Shown piece by piece: positions 1-8,267 of a stretch of DNA of 50,843 nucleotides (positions within the stretch are counted from its first letter, which is position 1; the number at the start of each line of letters is the position of its first letter). The position numbers and the translations under genes are program-made. The notes beneath the pieces were generated by a model, which was given only the letters and a program-made list of their open reading frames with translations, had not been told where the DNA came from and made no database searches. The stretch comes from a virus (lineage: Duplodnaviria; Caudoviricetes), in the IMG/VR virus record IMGVR_UViG_3300009786_000020, positions 1 to 50,843 of that record. The stretch is one strand, 5' to 3'.

Positions 1-163
1 AGACCTATCAATACCCATCAATCTAGCCTTCCATTAAATGCAAATGGAGTTAATGGTTATGGTTATCAATATGATACTTATGACGAAGGTCAAGATGTAT
101 ATGGAATGAGTTATGGTCATAGTAAACATTATAATAATGAATATAAAGAATATGTTGATTTAG
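1..163. repeat. Terminal direct repeat, left copy (circular overlap with 50681-50843)
   Basis: 163 nt identical to the window end except positions 72 (t/c), 76 (a/g) and 88 (g/a). Confidence 0.97.
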
Positions 164-432
164 ATTCTGTTCCTGAAGTTATCATGGATAGAGCTTTAAA
201 GATATTAAATTCATTATTAGATGAATGTTATGATTTATCAGCTGAGAGAATTGAGAGTAAACAAGCTCTTGACATATGGAGAAAGAAAATCCAAAGTGTT
301 GAAAAGCTTGTGAAACCTCATGGACTTGGTATTCGTGAATATAAAACAAGTAAAGCATTAAGTCATGCGTTGTATACGTTATGGCCTGATGATTTCTTTT
401 ACGAATTGAAGAAGGAGACTTCTCTTGTCTGA
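1..432 (+). CDS. C-terminal part of the JAB/MPN+ protease gene that begins at 50132 and crosses the origin (326 aa in total)
   Basis: Frame 1 is open from base 1 to the TGA at 430-432 and continues the 50132 ORF in frame (50681-50132 = 183 codons). The track ORF 106..432 is only its tail. Confidence 0.9.
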   Translation, partial: RPINTHQSSLPLNANGVNGYGYQYDTYDEGQDVYGMSYGHSKHYNNEYKEYVDLDSVPEVIMDRALKILNSLLDECYDLSAERIESKQALDIWRKKIQSVEKLVKPHGLGIREYKTSKALSHALYTLWPDDFFYELKKETSLV

Positions 433-1087
433 TATTAATCTTAGAAGCAGTGGAATAACTGACGATTTGAAAGATTATCGATATCATATATTGGGTTGCG
501 GGGCTATAGGTAGTTCCGCAGCTTTTCAATTAATAAGGATGGGTGCGTCCTCATTGACCTTATATGATATGGATAAAGTTGAAGTTCAAAACGTTGGAGT
601 GTCAAGGTATATCTTGTCAGATATTAATAAACGAAAAGTAGATGCTCTCTCTGAGCATTTAATGTCAATTAATGATACTGCAGATATAACTAGAGTGCGG
701 GGAAAGTTCAAGACTTTCAGAACCACTTTAGATGATAAAGATATCGTAATATTAGGATTCGATAACATGCGAAGCAGGTTGAAAGCTGCTAAAGAATGTT
801 TTGAACGTAATAGTAAACCTTATCTTTTAATAGATGGAAGGATGGGAGCAGAGCAGTACCAGCAATATACTCTGTTAAACCCATCATTAGAAGCCTATAA
901 AGCTACTTGGTACAGTGATGCAGAAGGTGAATCAACACCATGTAACGCAAAAGCTACAAGCTATTGCTCAGACATGGCAGGTGCGTTTATTACAAATGCA
1001 GTAAGAAAAGTTTTGACGGACAATCCAGTTCCTCAAGAGTTTTATTTTGATTTTCCATCTTTTGTTCTTGCAAGAGTAGTTAATTAG
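425..1087 (+). CDS. ThiF/MoeB-family E1-like ubiquitin-like-protein activating enzyme
   Basis: GCGAIG nucleotide-binding loop, YDMDKVEVQN, VILGFDNMRSR and LIDGRMG motifs; candidate catalytic Cys173 (ESTPCNA); TTG start overlaps the JAB stop. Confidence 0.92.
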   Translation: MSDINLRSSGITDDLKDYRYHILGCGAIGSSAAFQLIRMGASSLTLYDMDKVEVQNVGVSRYILSDINKRKVDALSEHLMSINDTADITRVRGKFKTFRTTLDDKDIVILGFDNMRSRLKAAKECFERNSKPYLLIDGRMGAEQYQQYTLLNPSLEAYKATWYSDAEGESTPCNAKATSYCSDMAGAFITNAVRKVLTDNPVPQEFYFDFPSFVLARVVN

Positions 1088-1096
1088 GGTTAAATT
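1068..1096 (+). promoter_or_regulatory. Putative sigma70-like promoter for the replication cluster
   Basis: TTGCAA-N17-TAAATT; same architecture at 7010 (+) and 44474 (-). Confidence 0.6.
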
Positions 1097-1104
1097 ACTA
1101 ACTC

Positions 1105-1130
1105 TGGAGTAGCCCTATATGGGCTGCTCT
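1105..1130 (+). other. Stem-loop after the E1 gene / in the leader of the replication operon
   Basis: ggagtagccc-tatat-gggctgctct; no U-tract. Confidence 0.45.
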
Positions 1131-1164
1131 AAGGGTATTAGTTCAATTTTAATAAGGATATTGT

Positions 1165-1344
1165 ATGTCAAGTAATGATAATGAAATCTGGTTAGCGATA
1201 GAAACAATATCTAATAGAGTAAGTGAATTAACTGCTCTAGTAGGTATTATTTTAGATGCCCCAGTATTAACGAAAGTAACCAACGTGGAGGAAGTATATG
1301 CCGCTGACGAAAGTAAAGAGGAAGCCAAAGAGCTTGAATCCTAA
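1165..1344 (+). CDS. Small hypothetical protein (59 aa, MSSNDNEIWLAIET...)
   Basis: Read by hand; AAGGA upstream; fills the gap after the promoter. Confidence 0.6.
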   Translation: MSSNDNEIWLAIETISNRVSELTALVGIILDAPVLTKVTNVEEVYAADESKEEAKELES

Positions 1345-1981
1345 AATAACACTTCTATATGGAGCCCCTAAAGTAGGTAAATCTACAGTATTAAGTCAAT
1401 TAGATAGTTGCTTAATATTAGATACTGAAAATGGCTCTGATATGTTAGGAGGTTATATAGACAATATTAACAGTAGAGAAGAACTCTTAGAGTTTTATAA
1501 ACTCGCAAAAGAGGGGCATGAGTATAAGTATTTTGCACTTGATACTGTCGATAAGCTTGTTGAATGGATAGAGAAGTCCATATTAAAAGAATACCAAATA
1601 GAATCAATTAATGATTTACCTTATGGCAAAGGATTTGGTTTAGTAAGAAGCAAGGTACTTAATCATATAAAGAAGTTGTCTTCTTTAGTACCTCATCTTA
1701 TCATCGTAGGACACCGTAAAACTGCAGTAGCTATTGATAATAGTACCGCTATTGAACCGGAATCCCTTGATATTTCAGGTAAGTTAAAAAATATGATTAT
1801 GGCTGCATGTGATGCAATAGGTTACGTCTTTAGAGATGAAGAAGAAACTTTAATGGTATCGTTTAAGTCAGGGCTTGCCCTAGAGGCAGGCAGTAGATGC
1901 GCTCACTTAAGAGGCGAAATATTCCCTTTTAATTGGGATTTAATATACAAGAAAGAAAAAGAGAAAGCGAGTAAAAAGTAA
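1298..1981 (+). CDS. AAA-family P-loop ATPase, Sak4-like single-strand annealing protein
   Basis: LLYGAPKVGKST Walker A, ILDTENG, ALDTVD Walker B, IIVGH; next to an SSB-like gene. Confidence 0.8.
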   Translation: MPLTKVKRKPKSLNPKITLLYGAPKVGKSTVLSQLDSCLILDTENGSDMLGGYIDNINSREELLEFYKLAKEGHEYKYFALDTVDKLVEWIEKSILKEYQIESINDLPYGKGFGLVRSKVLNHIKKLSSLVPHLIIVGHRKTAVAIDNSTAIEPESLDISGKLKNMIMAACDAIGYVFRDEEETLMVSFKSGLALEAGSRCAHLRGEIFPFNWDLIYKKEKEKASKK

Positions 1982-2595
1982 TGGCTATATTTAAACCAGA
2001 GATGAAAAGTTCAGGTGGCGGTAATAAATTTATGGGTGTATGTGAAATGGGAATATCTAGTTTTGTAGATAAATCCGCTGAGTTTGATTGGTGTGACTTA
2101 CTGTTAGAAGCAGAAGTTCATCTTAAAGATTCAGAATACCCTAAACGGTTAGCTATTAAAGGTGATTATGAAAAAGATGCAGAAGGTAATATCAATGGTG
2201 GCTATGTTTTAAATCGAATGTATCGATTCTTTGAAGCCATTGGGTGTACTGCAGGAATTAATCTTAAGGGAGAATTTGAAACCTCTGAAGGAGATGTAAT
2301 CCCAGATATTGCTCAATATCTAAATGATAATCATACAAGCTCAGGTATCCCTGGAACTACTCCAGAATTAACCCATGTAGGATATGTATATAAACGTCAA
2401 AATACTAAAACTAAAAAAGTATATACTGAAGTTTATACACGTTTATACCCTAATACTGAAAAGGGTAAAACTGAGTTAGAAGAATACATTAAATGGATGA
2501 AAACCAACAATTATCTCAAAGAGTATACTGAAGTTGGTGGTGACAAAGATGGTGACGGAGTAACTGTAACAGCTGAAGCTGACAGTAACTTTTGA
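1981..2595 (+). CDS. Probable single-stranded DNA-binding protein
   Basis: Lies between the Sak4-like ATPase and the primase; acidic tail ending in Phe (EADSNF). Mostly inferred from context. Confidence 0.5.
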   Translation: MAIFKPEMKSSGGGNKFMGVCEMGISSFVDKSAEFDWCDLLLEAEVHLKDSEYPKRLAIKGDYEKDAEGNINGGYVLNRMYRFFEAIGCTAGINLKGEFETSEGDVIPDIAQYLNDNHTSSGIPGTTPELTHVGYVYKRQNTKTKKVYTEVYTRLYPNTEKGKTELEEYIKWMKTNNYLKEYTEVGGDKDGDGVTVTAEADSNF

Positions 2596-4430
2596 ACTAC
2601 GTTGAAATTGCTATTAAGACCCCGTCTAGTCGCGGGGTTTTAATTCCTAAAGCAAATATTAAAACGTTTATCAAAACTGATGAGCCTCTATATCGTTCTA
2701 TGTATACCTATGATGATGAAGCTAAGAACTTCGTTGACGACAAGGGGAGTATAAAGGATTATTATGGCACCAGAAGTATTGACAATGTGCTTATCGATAT
2801 TGATAGGAAAGATAATAGTGACCAATTCACCTTAGATAAGGTAAAGGGATTACTGTTTGAATTAGAAGATAACTTCGAAGTAAATCCTATGAAATCTGCT
2901 CAAGTATATTTTAGTGGAAGTGGTTATCATATATCATTACCTGGAGGACTGTTTAACTTTACAGATTCGCCAGACTTACCATTCTTTGTGAAGGCCACTA
3001 TGGATTCATTGTTTGATGGTATAGATTTAATGATATATATGAGACCTGGAATTTATAGAGTTCAACATACTGTTAATTTAAAGACAGGGTTGTATAAAAT
3101 TCCACTTACTTATAAGGAAGTTCATACATTAACTCCTGAAGCTATTCAAACTTTAGCAAAAGGGCAAAGGCTAGATTATCCTTATACTGAGCTTTTATCA
3201 GATGGGGAGCTAGAGGATAGAGTAATTAAAAATGCTCCTAGAATCAAGCAATTTAAGGCTGTGGCAGAGCCTATAAATATGGTGCCTTGTGTTCAGAAGA
3301 TGTTAACTGCTGGGCCCAATGAGGGGAATCGAAATAACACTATTATGCGTATAGCAAGTCATTTTAGACGCCATGGTATTCCTAGTGAATATGCCAAGGT
3401 TTCTTTATTGCACTGGAATAACAATTCTTTAAATGAAGAAATAGTTATTAATAAAACAGAGCAAACGTATGATAGGGGGTATAAATACTCCTGTAATGAC
3501 CCTTTAATGAAAGAAAATTGCAGAACAAACTGCATATTCTTTAAACGTAAAGATTACGATGTGGAAGTCAAAGATGCTTTAACGTTACAAGAAGAATACA
3601 CAAATAGGTTGGCAACTGACTTTGCTGGACGAACACTTAATTTAGGTGGGATGCTTGGCTTAGATAATAATACAGATGCAACTATATATCCTGGTGAACT
3701 AGTGACTATCTTTGGACCTACGGGCTCAAATAAAACAACATTAGCTCAGAATATAGCTTTAGGTGTAGATATGGTAAATGATTGTATCCGAACTGAATGG
3801 CAAATACCCACACTCTTCTTATCATTAGAATTAAGTGGTTGGTATATGCATCGCAGACATTTACAAATAGTATCTGGATTAAGTAAGGATGAGATTAATG
3901 TGTCTCCTGATGAAGTATTTAAATGTCATGAAGGCGCTCTTAGTCATATGAATATCCAAACTATATCTCCAACCTTAGACCAAATAAGAAAAAAAGTTCA
4001 AGAGTTACAACCGGCTGTTGTGGTAGTAGATTATATTGATTTAGTTGAAACACCTCCTCATATAAGAGGAGAATATGAACAAATTAAGTATATCTCACAT
4101 ACATTGTCAAATATGGCAGTGAATATGGATATTATAATTATACAAATATCACAAGTAGCACGAGAGTACTCAAGAAATGATGTTTTAGACCTCTATGCTG
4201 GCAAGGGTTCTGGAGCAATTGAAAATGCCAGTAGAAAAGTTATTGGCCTACAAGGACAAGCAAATAGTGACATCAAGAATGTTGAAATGTTCAAGAATAC
4301 TGATGGTGAACTATTTAAAGCTCAGGTCCAATGGAGGCCAAGCTTTAGATTGCGAAGGACTTATAATGACGACAATGAAGAAACGAGTGTCAAGAAGCCA
4401 AAAACTGCTAACGCATTTGCTCAGCGGTAA
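2592..4430 (+). CDS. AEP primase-polymerase fused to a PriCT-like domain and a DnaB/SF4-type helicase
   Basis: IDID and YFSGSGYH AEP motifs; PCVQKM..GPNEGNRNN and Cys residues (PriCT-like); GPTGSNKTT Walker A, FLSLE, VVVDYIDL, ISQV, GSGAIE. Confidence 0.88.
   Translation: MNYVEIAIKTPSSRGVLIPKANIKTFIKTDEPLYRSMYTYDDEAKNFVDDKGSIKDYYGTRSIDNVLIDIDRKDNSDQFTLDKVKGLLFELEDNFEVNPMKSAQVYFSGSGYHISLPGGLFNFTDSPDLPFFVKATMDSLFDGIDLMIYMRPGIYRVQHTVNLKTGLYKIPLTYKEVHTLTPEAIQTLAKGQRLDYPYTELLSDGELEDRVIKNAPRIKQFKAVAEPINMVPCVQKMLTAGPNEGNRNNTIMRIASHFRRHGIPSEYAKVSLLHWNNNSLNEEIVINKTEQTYDRGYKYSCNDPLMKENCRTNCIFFKRKDYDVEVKDALTLQEEYTNRLATDFAGRTLNLGGMLGLDNNTDATIYPGELVTIFGPTGSNKTTLAQNIALGVDMVNDCIRTEWQIPTLFLSLELSGWYMHRRHLQIVSGLSKDEINVSPDEVFKCHEGALSHMNIQTISPTLDQIRKKVQELQPAVVVVDYIDLVETPPHIRGEYEQIKYISHTLSNMAVNMDIIIIQISQVAREYSRNDVLDLYAGKGSGAIENASRKVIGLQGQANSDIKNVEMFKNTDGELFKAQVQWRPSFRLRRTYNDDNEETSVKKPKTANAFAQR
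2613..2644 (+). terminator. Strong hairpin just inside the primase gene (possible attenuator after the SSB gene)
   Basis: attaagaccccg-tctagtcg-cggggttttaat, 12-bp stem. Confidence 0.5.
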
Positions 4431-4593
4431 AACTATAAATGGTAGACAAGCCTTAACAAGGTTTGGCCTATATAGACTTTCATCTTATATCCATAACTGG
4501 AGAAAGAAAGGGTTTAATATAGATACTAAAATGGTTAAGCGACAAGGCTCAACTTACGCTGTTTATAGCCTCACAGGTACTCCTGTAGCATAA
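4366..4593 (+). CDS. Small winged-helix DNA-binding protein
   Basis: LLTHLLSGKTINGRQALTRFGLYRLSSYIHNWRKKGFNIDT pattern; likely start is ATG 4366 after AAGGAC, not 4195. Confidence 0.75.
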   Translation: MTTMKKRVSRSQKLLTHLLSGKTINGRQALTRFGLYRLSSYIHNWRKKGFNIDTKMVKRQGSTYAVYSLTGTPVA

Positions 4594-4603
4594 GGAGCTA
4601 AAG

Positions 4604-5107
4604 ATGGCTAAAAAGCCTATCCTGATTCATAAAAAAGGTACTCGGGGGCGCAAGTCCCCTAGTACTCTCTACTGGGAAGAGAAGTTTCTTGGCAAACTCA
4701 GGGAAATCCATGGAACACATTTTAGGGGAGCATTTCATAAAATTATGAAAAAAGCTTCTAGCACAAAGTCTTCTTTGAAAAGAAGAAGTGCAGAATTTGA
4801 GGTATTATTTGACCTTGAATTAAATGATATAAAACGGATGATATTAAAAGCATATGGTAATGGATGTAGATATTGTGGAAATGAATTAGTGCATAGGAAT
4901 ATGGCATTTGACCACAAAGAAGCTATATCTAGCGGAGGGCCATCAACAAAAGCAAACTTACATATTATATGTAGGCGATGTAATACAAGAAAAGGCCCAA
5001 TGTCACATGAAGATTATTCAAAATTTCTTAATTTAATATCAAGTTTAGACTCTGAAAGCATAGCTTATATATTTAGAAAGCTTGCCAGTAGAGAAGTGTT
5101 TAGTTAA
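4604..5107 (+). CDS. HNH endonuclease
   Basis: CRYCG...FDHKEAISSGG...NLHIICRRCNTRKG. Confidence 0.88.
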   Translation: MAKKPILIHKKGTRGRKSPSTLYWEEKFLGKLREIHGTHFRGAFHKIMKKASSTKSSLKRRSAEFEVLFDLELNDIKRMILKAYGNGCRYCGNELVHRNMAFDHKEAISSGGPSTKANLHIICRRCNTRKGPMSHEDYSKFLNLISSLDSESIAYIFRKLASREVFS

Positions 5108-5235
5108 ATTCCCAATAAGAGCCACAAGCAATTATTATTTAACCAGGTATTTATTTACTCTAAGTTAAGTGATTTTCAGTTGCTGACCACGAATTAGCAG
5201 TCTTGTGGCTATGGGAACATAAAAAGGAGAAAAGT

Positions 5236-5352
5236 ATGTGGACATGTATAGAATGTTCAAACAGCTATGATGAAAATACAGGAGATGTAGATGAAAGAGT
5301 CTGCAATGAATGTATGGATATGATAGATGAGGATGAAGTGAATGAAACTTAA
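5236..5352 (+). CDS. Small CxxC...CxxC zinc-finger protein (38 aa)
   Basis: MWTCIECSNSY...VCNECMD; AGGAG RBS. Confidence 0.65.
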   Translation: MWTCIECSNSYDENTGDVDERVCNECMDMIDEDEVNET

Positions 5353-5533
5353 AACTAGAATTATCAAGGTGAACGGTAAAGATTGCATTAAATGTAGCAT
5401 TTGTAGTAAAAAGCGAATGCTAAAGTTTTATTATTATTCAACTAAAAGCGTATGTGGATACACAGGACAATGTAAAAGTTGTTATTTAATTCGCGACAAA
5501 CAATATAAAAACCAAATGGAAGGAGTACTATAA
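5342..5533 (+). CDS. Zinc-finger protein (63 aa)
   Basis: CSIC...CKSC. Confidence 0.65.
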   Translation: MKLKTRIIKVNGKDCIKCSICSKKRMLKFYYYSTKSVCGYTGQCKSCYLIRDKQYKNQMEGVL

Positions 5534-5643
5534 TGTTTGATATGATTACATCTGCATGGGATAATTTATCAATTATGGAGCGTGTCTTAGCTATTGGCGC
5601 ATTCGTAGTAGCAGCAGTATTACTGACTGAACTTATCTTTTAA
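5533..5643 (+). CDS. Small membrane protein (36 aa)
   Basis: MFDMITSAWDNLSIMERVLAIGAFVVAAVLLTELIF; AGGAG RBS; TAATG coupling. Confidence 0.6.
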   Translation: MFDMITSAWDNLSIMERVLAIGAFVVAAVLLTELIF

Positions 5644-5774
5644 TGAAAGATAGAAGTGTTAAAGGGACTTGGCATCGGAATAACTCTGATGCCGAGTTCA
5701 AGAGAAGGTGGGACAAAATATTCAAACCTAAAAAGAAGGAAGCTGATGAGAGACAAGATGGGAGATTACCATGA
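5643..5774 (+). CDS. Small basic hypothetical protein (43 aa)
   Basis: MKDRSVKGTWHRNNSDAEFKRRWDKIFK; TAATG coupling. Confidence 0.55.
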   Translation: MKDRSVKGTWHRNNSDAEFKRRWDKIFKPKKKEADERQDGRLP

Positions 5775-5922
5775 TGATTTAGATTCTATTTTTAATCGAT
5801 TATTAATAATAGAAGAACAAATCCGTATTGTAATGCAAAGGATTAACTGGTTAGAAAATCCTGAAACTGCCCCTAAATCAAAACAACCGAAACCCAAACC
5901 CAAAGAGGAGGAAAATCTATGA
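5746..5922 (+). CDS. Small coiled-coil hypothetical protein
   Basis: 3' part of track ORF 5656..5922; AAGGA upstream of ATG 5746. Confidence 0.55.
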   Translation: MRDKMGDYHDDLDSIFNRLLIIEEQIRIVMQRINWLENPETAPKSKQPKPKPKEEENL

Positions 5923-6248
5923 TAGATGGCCCAATACTAAGCAATGGTGAAATAACGGTACAGTTACTATTTACATTAGAGTCTAGACAAAGAATGCTTG
6001 GCTCAGAACCTGAAAATATTGAAAACGGTGTAGAAACACATGGTAGTTATGTTATAGCAGATAAAGAAGGTTATGCAATTGATTTAGACTTATTAGAAGA
6101 TGGACAAGAAGTCCTAGTTATACTAAATGAAGATACTGATAGATTAGAATTACGTACAAAAAATAAACAAAAATATATATGCGACTTCATCTTATCCAGA
6201 GATGCTAAAGAACGTGATGAAGAAGATGATTGGGAGACTAACTTATGA
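5919..6248 (+). CDS. Acidic hypothetical protein
   Basis: GAGGAGG RBS; ATGA overlap. Confidence 0.7.
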   Translation: MIDGPILSNGEITVQLLFTLESRQRMLGSEPENIENGVETHGSYVIADKEGYAIDLDLLEDGQEVLVILNEDTDRLELRTKNKQKYICDFILSRDAKERDEEDDWETNL

Positions 6249-6397
6249 GTGGCGAACTAGTATGTGTTGAATGCGGTATTTGGGTAGATAATCCATTTAG
6301 TGAACTTATATGCCCTAGATGTCAAGAAATACTTGATGGTAATCTTGAAGATGGTGGAGAATTAGAAGATAAAGATGGAGAACCTGATTATGACTAA
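6245..6397 (+). CDS. Small zinc-ribbon protein (50 aa)
   Basis: CVECG...CPRC; GGAG RBS. Confidence 0.6.
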   Translation: MSGELVCVECGIWVDNPFSELICPRCQEILDGNLEDGGELEDKDGEPDYD

Positions 6398-6590
6398 AAA
6401 GGACTTCGAAGCTATAGCTTTAGCCATTAGAACTAATCTTGATACTATAGATAATTCAGATTTCTTCTTTGACTTTTTAGCAGACCTATGCAAAGCCTTT
6501 AAAAAAGCTAATCCCAGGTTTGATAGTGTTAAATTTAGACAAGCTTGTTTAAATATGGAGTGGAAGAAAGAATACAATGAAAAACTCTAA
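6390..6590 (+). CDS. Small hypothetical phage protein
   Basis: MTKKDFEAIA...NPRFDSVKFRQAC; GGAG upstream. Confidence 0.7.
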   Translation: MTKKDFEAIALAIRTNLDTIDNSDFFFDFLADLCKAFKKANPRFDSVKFRQACLNMEWKKEYNEKL

Positions 6591-6894
6591 ACTCAATACA
6601 GAACGCCGCAAAAACGGATGGTGGAGTGATGTCTATAATGCATCCTTTAAAATGATGGATATTAAAAGATATAAACGGGGGCTAACTTTAGAAACAGAAT
6701 CTTCTGGAAAAGCCTCACAAATGTCAGCATCATTATGTCCTGTTTGTAATAAAGCATGGGAGTCTGATACTGTTAGTAATCCACGTAAAGTCCTCATTCA
6801 TTATCATGATGAGTTCCCCACATTTAAAATACCTAGGAACACATGTTTAAAATGTCAGGAAGGAGGAGAGAATGGGACAAGGGAAGAAGATTAG
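6577..6894 (+). CDS. Hypothetical protein with a zinc ribbon
   Basis: CPVC...CLKC. Confidence 0.65.
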   Translation: MKNSKLNTERRKNGWWSDVYNASFKMMDIKRYKRGLTLETESSGKASQMSASLCPVCNKAWESDTVSNPRKVLIHYHDEFPTFKIPRNTCLKCQEGGENGTREED

Positions 6895-7006
6895 CCTGAT
6901 TAAACGATTAGCATTAAAAGTGTTAACAAAAACACCACTACAAAAAAATCGTATAGCGAGATGGTTAAAGATACACAGAACGACTCTACACAGATATGTT
7001 AAATAA
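6872..7006 (+). CDS. Small helix-turn-helix protein (44 aa)
   Basis: IARWLKIHRTTLHRYVK, a resolvase/Fis-type HTH; AGGAGG RBS. Confidence 0.7.
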   Translation: MGQGKKISLIKRLALKVLTKTPLQKNRIARWLKIHRTTLHRYVK

Positions 7007-7009
7007 ACA

Positions 7010-7038
7010 TTGCTTGATTATTAGTATAGCATTAAATT
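7010..7038 (+). promoter_or_regulatory. Putative sigma70-like promoter
   Basis: TTGCTT-N17-TAAATT in an intergenic gap, followed by TAAGGAG and ATG 7064. Confidence 0.65.
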
Positions 7039-7063
7039 AACACCAATCTGTAAGGAGTATTAT

Positions 7064-7243
7064 ATGAAATTTAAATCAATGGGGAATGGAATAATTCATG
7101 AAGGTGACTCAAGGAAGGACTTGAAGTTCACTACTCAATTGCATTTACATGGACGGTTATATGACTTAGAGGTATGGAATAACGGATTATATAGAATCAA
7201 AGAAGTAAAATACGGAAAGGATTTGTATGGCGAGTCTAACTAA
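7064..7243 (+). CDS. Small hypothetical protein (59 aa, MKFKSMGNGIIH...)
   Basis: Read by hand; strong TAAGGAG RBS. Confidence 0.7.
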   Translation: MKFKSMGNGIIHEGDSRKDLKFTTQLHLHGRLYDLEVWNNGLYRIKEVKYGKDLYGESN

Positions 7244-7514
7244 ATGTTGTCAGTGTGAAGATGTTACAGAACAACTACTAGGAATATGTGTGGAATGTAT
7301 AGAATCAATTATGAAGAGCTTAGATGCTCCTATTAAGCCACAAACCAGTTCACAGGTCTCTCCCACTACAACGCAGAAATGTAGCTGTAGATACAATGAT
7401 ACGGACGCCACAAGGAAGGTTGCCTTTTTAATCCAAGATTGCGATGCTGCAACCGCAAAAATGAATAAGAGGAATATAAATGAAACCGAGCGTCGTAAAG
7501 CTACTAAGTCCTAG
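7227..7514 (+). CDS. Cys-rich hypothetical protein
   Basis: CCQC...CVEC; overlaps its neighbours. Confidence 0.55.
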   Translation: MASLTKCCQCEDVTEQLLGICVECIESIMKSLDAPIKPQTSSQVSPTTTQKCSCRYNDTDATRKVAFLIQDCDAATAKMNKRNINETERRKATKS

Positions 7515-7710
7515 AATCCATTTTACTTGTGAAATGTGCGGAACTACAGCTAATAGTAAGATGTACCAATATCAAGCTATTAGCATGGTTCCCGGTTATA
7601 AACCAAGATTGTTTAATAAAATGTGTCGTAAGTGCACTTATCGTGAAGTATACGGCAGTAAAAATTATAATAAACGGATGAAAGAAGGAGTACTAGATGG
7701 CGAAAGCTAA
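7480..7710 (+). CDS. Zinc-ribbon hypothetical protein
   Basis: CEMC...CRKC; GAGGA RBS. Confidence 0.65.
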   Translation: MKPSVVKLLSPRIHFTCEMCGTTANSKMYQYQAISMVPGYKPRLFNKMCRKCTYREVYGSKNYNKRMKEGVLDGES

Positions 7711-8005
7711 AATGCCTAAGGCTAATAAGAGTAATAAAAAACCTACAAATAAAGAGATAGTTCAAGTATGCAATTCATTAATACAAAATGTAGAGTATAT
7801 GAACCATCAAATTATGACTTTAACTTCGGTCCTTGACATATATGTTGAGTTTAAAGAAGGTGACCCAGAGATATTTAAAGCATTTGCAACCAAAGAATTA
7901 AAACGTAGAATGGATGAACATACAGCGAAAGTAAAGAAAGAAACGGAGGAAGCAAAAGCTAATGACACACAAACAGATGTGCCAATTGATGCAGAAAGCG
8001 CTTGA
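7697..8005 (+). CDS. Hypothetical coiled-coil protein
   Basis: AGGAG RBS. Confidence 0.7.
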   Translation: MAKAKMPKANKSNKKPTNKEIVQVCNSLIQNVEYMNHQIMTLTSVLDIYVEFKEGDPEIFKAFATKELKRRMDEHTAKVKKETEEAKANDTQTDVPIDAESA

Positions 8006-8267
8006 TGAAGTTGCAGAGATGCGTGACGCAGGTCAAAAAGAATACGCTCATACTGAAGACAACGTGTTCGCAAACTTTGAAAGAGTTTCGGAACTTACTG
8101 ATGTCTCTAGGGAAAAAGTACTTTTAGTGTATTTATTAAAACATATTGATGGTATTTCAGCTTATATTAAAGGGCATCAATCACAACGTGAAAGCGTTAA
8201 TGGTAGAATTACAGATGCAATAGTTTATCTTTTACTTTTAAAGGGGATGGTACATGAAGCCAGTTAA
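7962..8267 (+). CDS. All-alpha nucleotide-modification-associated protein (Nmad1/DUF1599-like, MazG-like fold)
   Basis: KEYAH..DNVFANFERV...LKHIDGI...ESVNGRITDAIVYLLLL pattern. Confidence 0.6.
   Translation: MTHKQMCQLMQKALDEVAEMRDAGQKEYAHTEDNVFANFERVSELTDVSREKVLLVYLLKHIDGISAYIKGHQSQRESVNGRITDAIVYLLLLKGMVHEAS

Noticed and set aside
1-163. Mismatched repeat as a DGR template/variable pair
   Set aside because: No reverse transcriptase is visible, the changes are not adenine-specific, and the copies are simply the contig ends
106-432. Stand-alone 108-aa ORF in the track
   Set aside because: It is the in-frame C-terminus of the JAB gene starting at 50132
425-1087. ThiF/MoeB as a thiamine or molybdopterin auxiliary metabolic gene
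   Set aside because: No ThiG, MoaE, rhodanese or desulfurase nearby; neighbours are JAB, E2-like and Ubl. Sulfur transfer is disfavoured but not formally excluded
4195-4365. N-terminal extension of the winged-helix ORF
   Set aside because: It overlaps the helicase by more than 200 nt; a better start with an RBS lies at 4366
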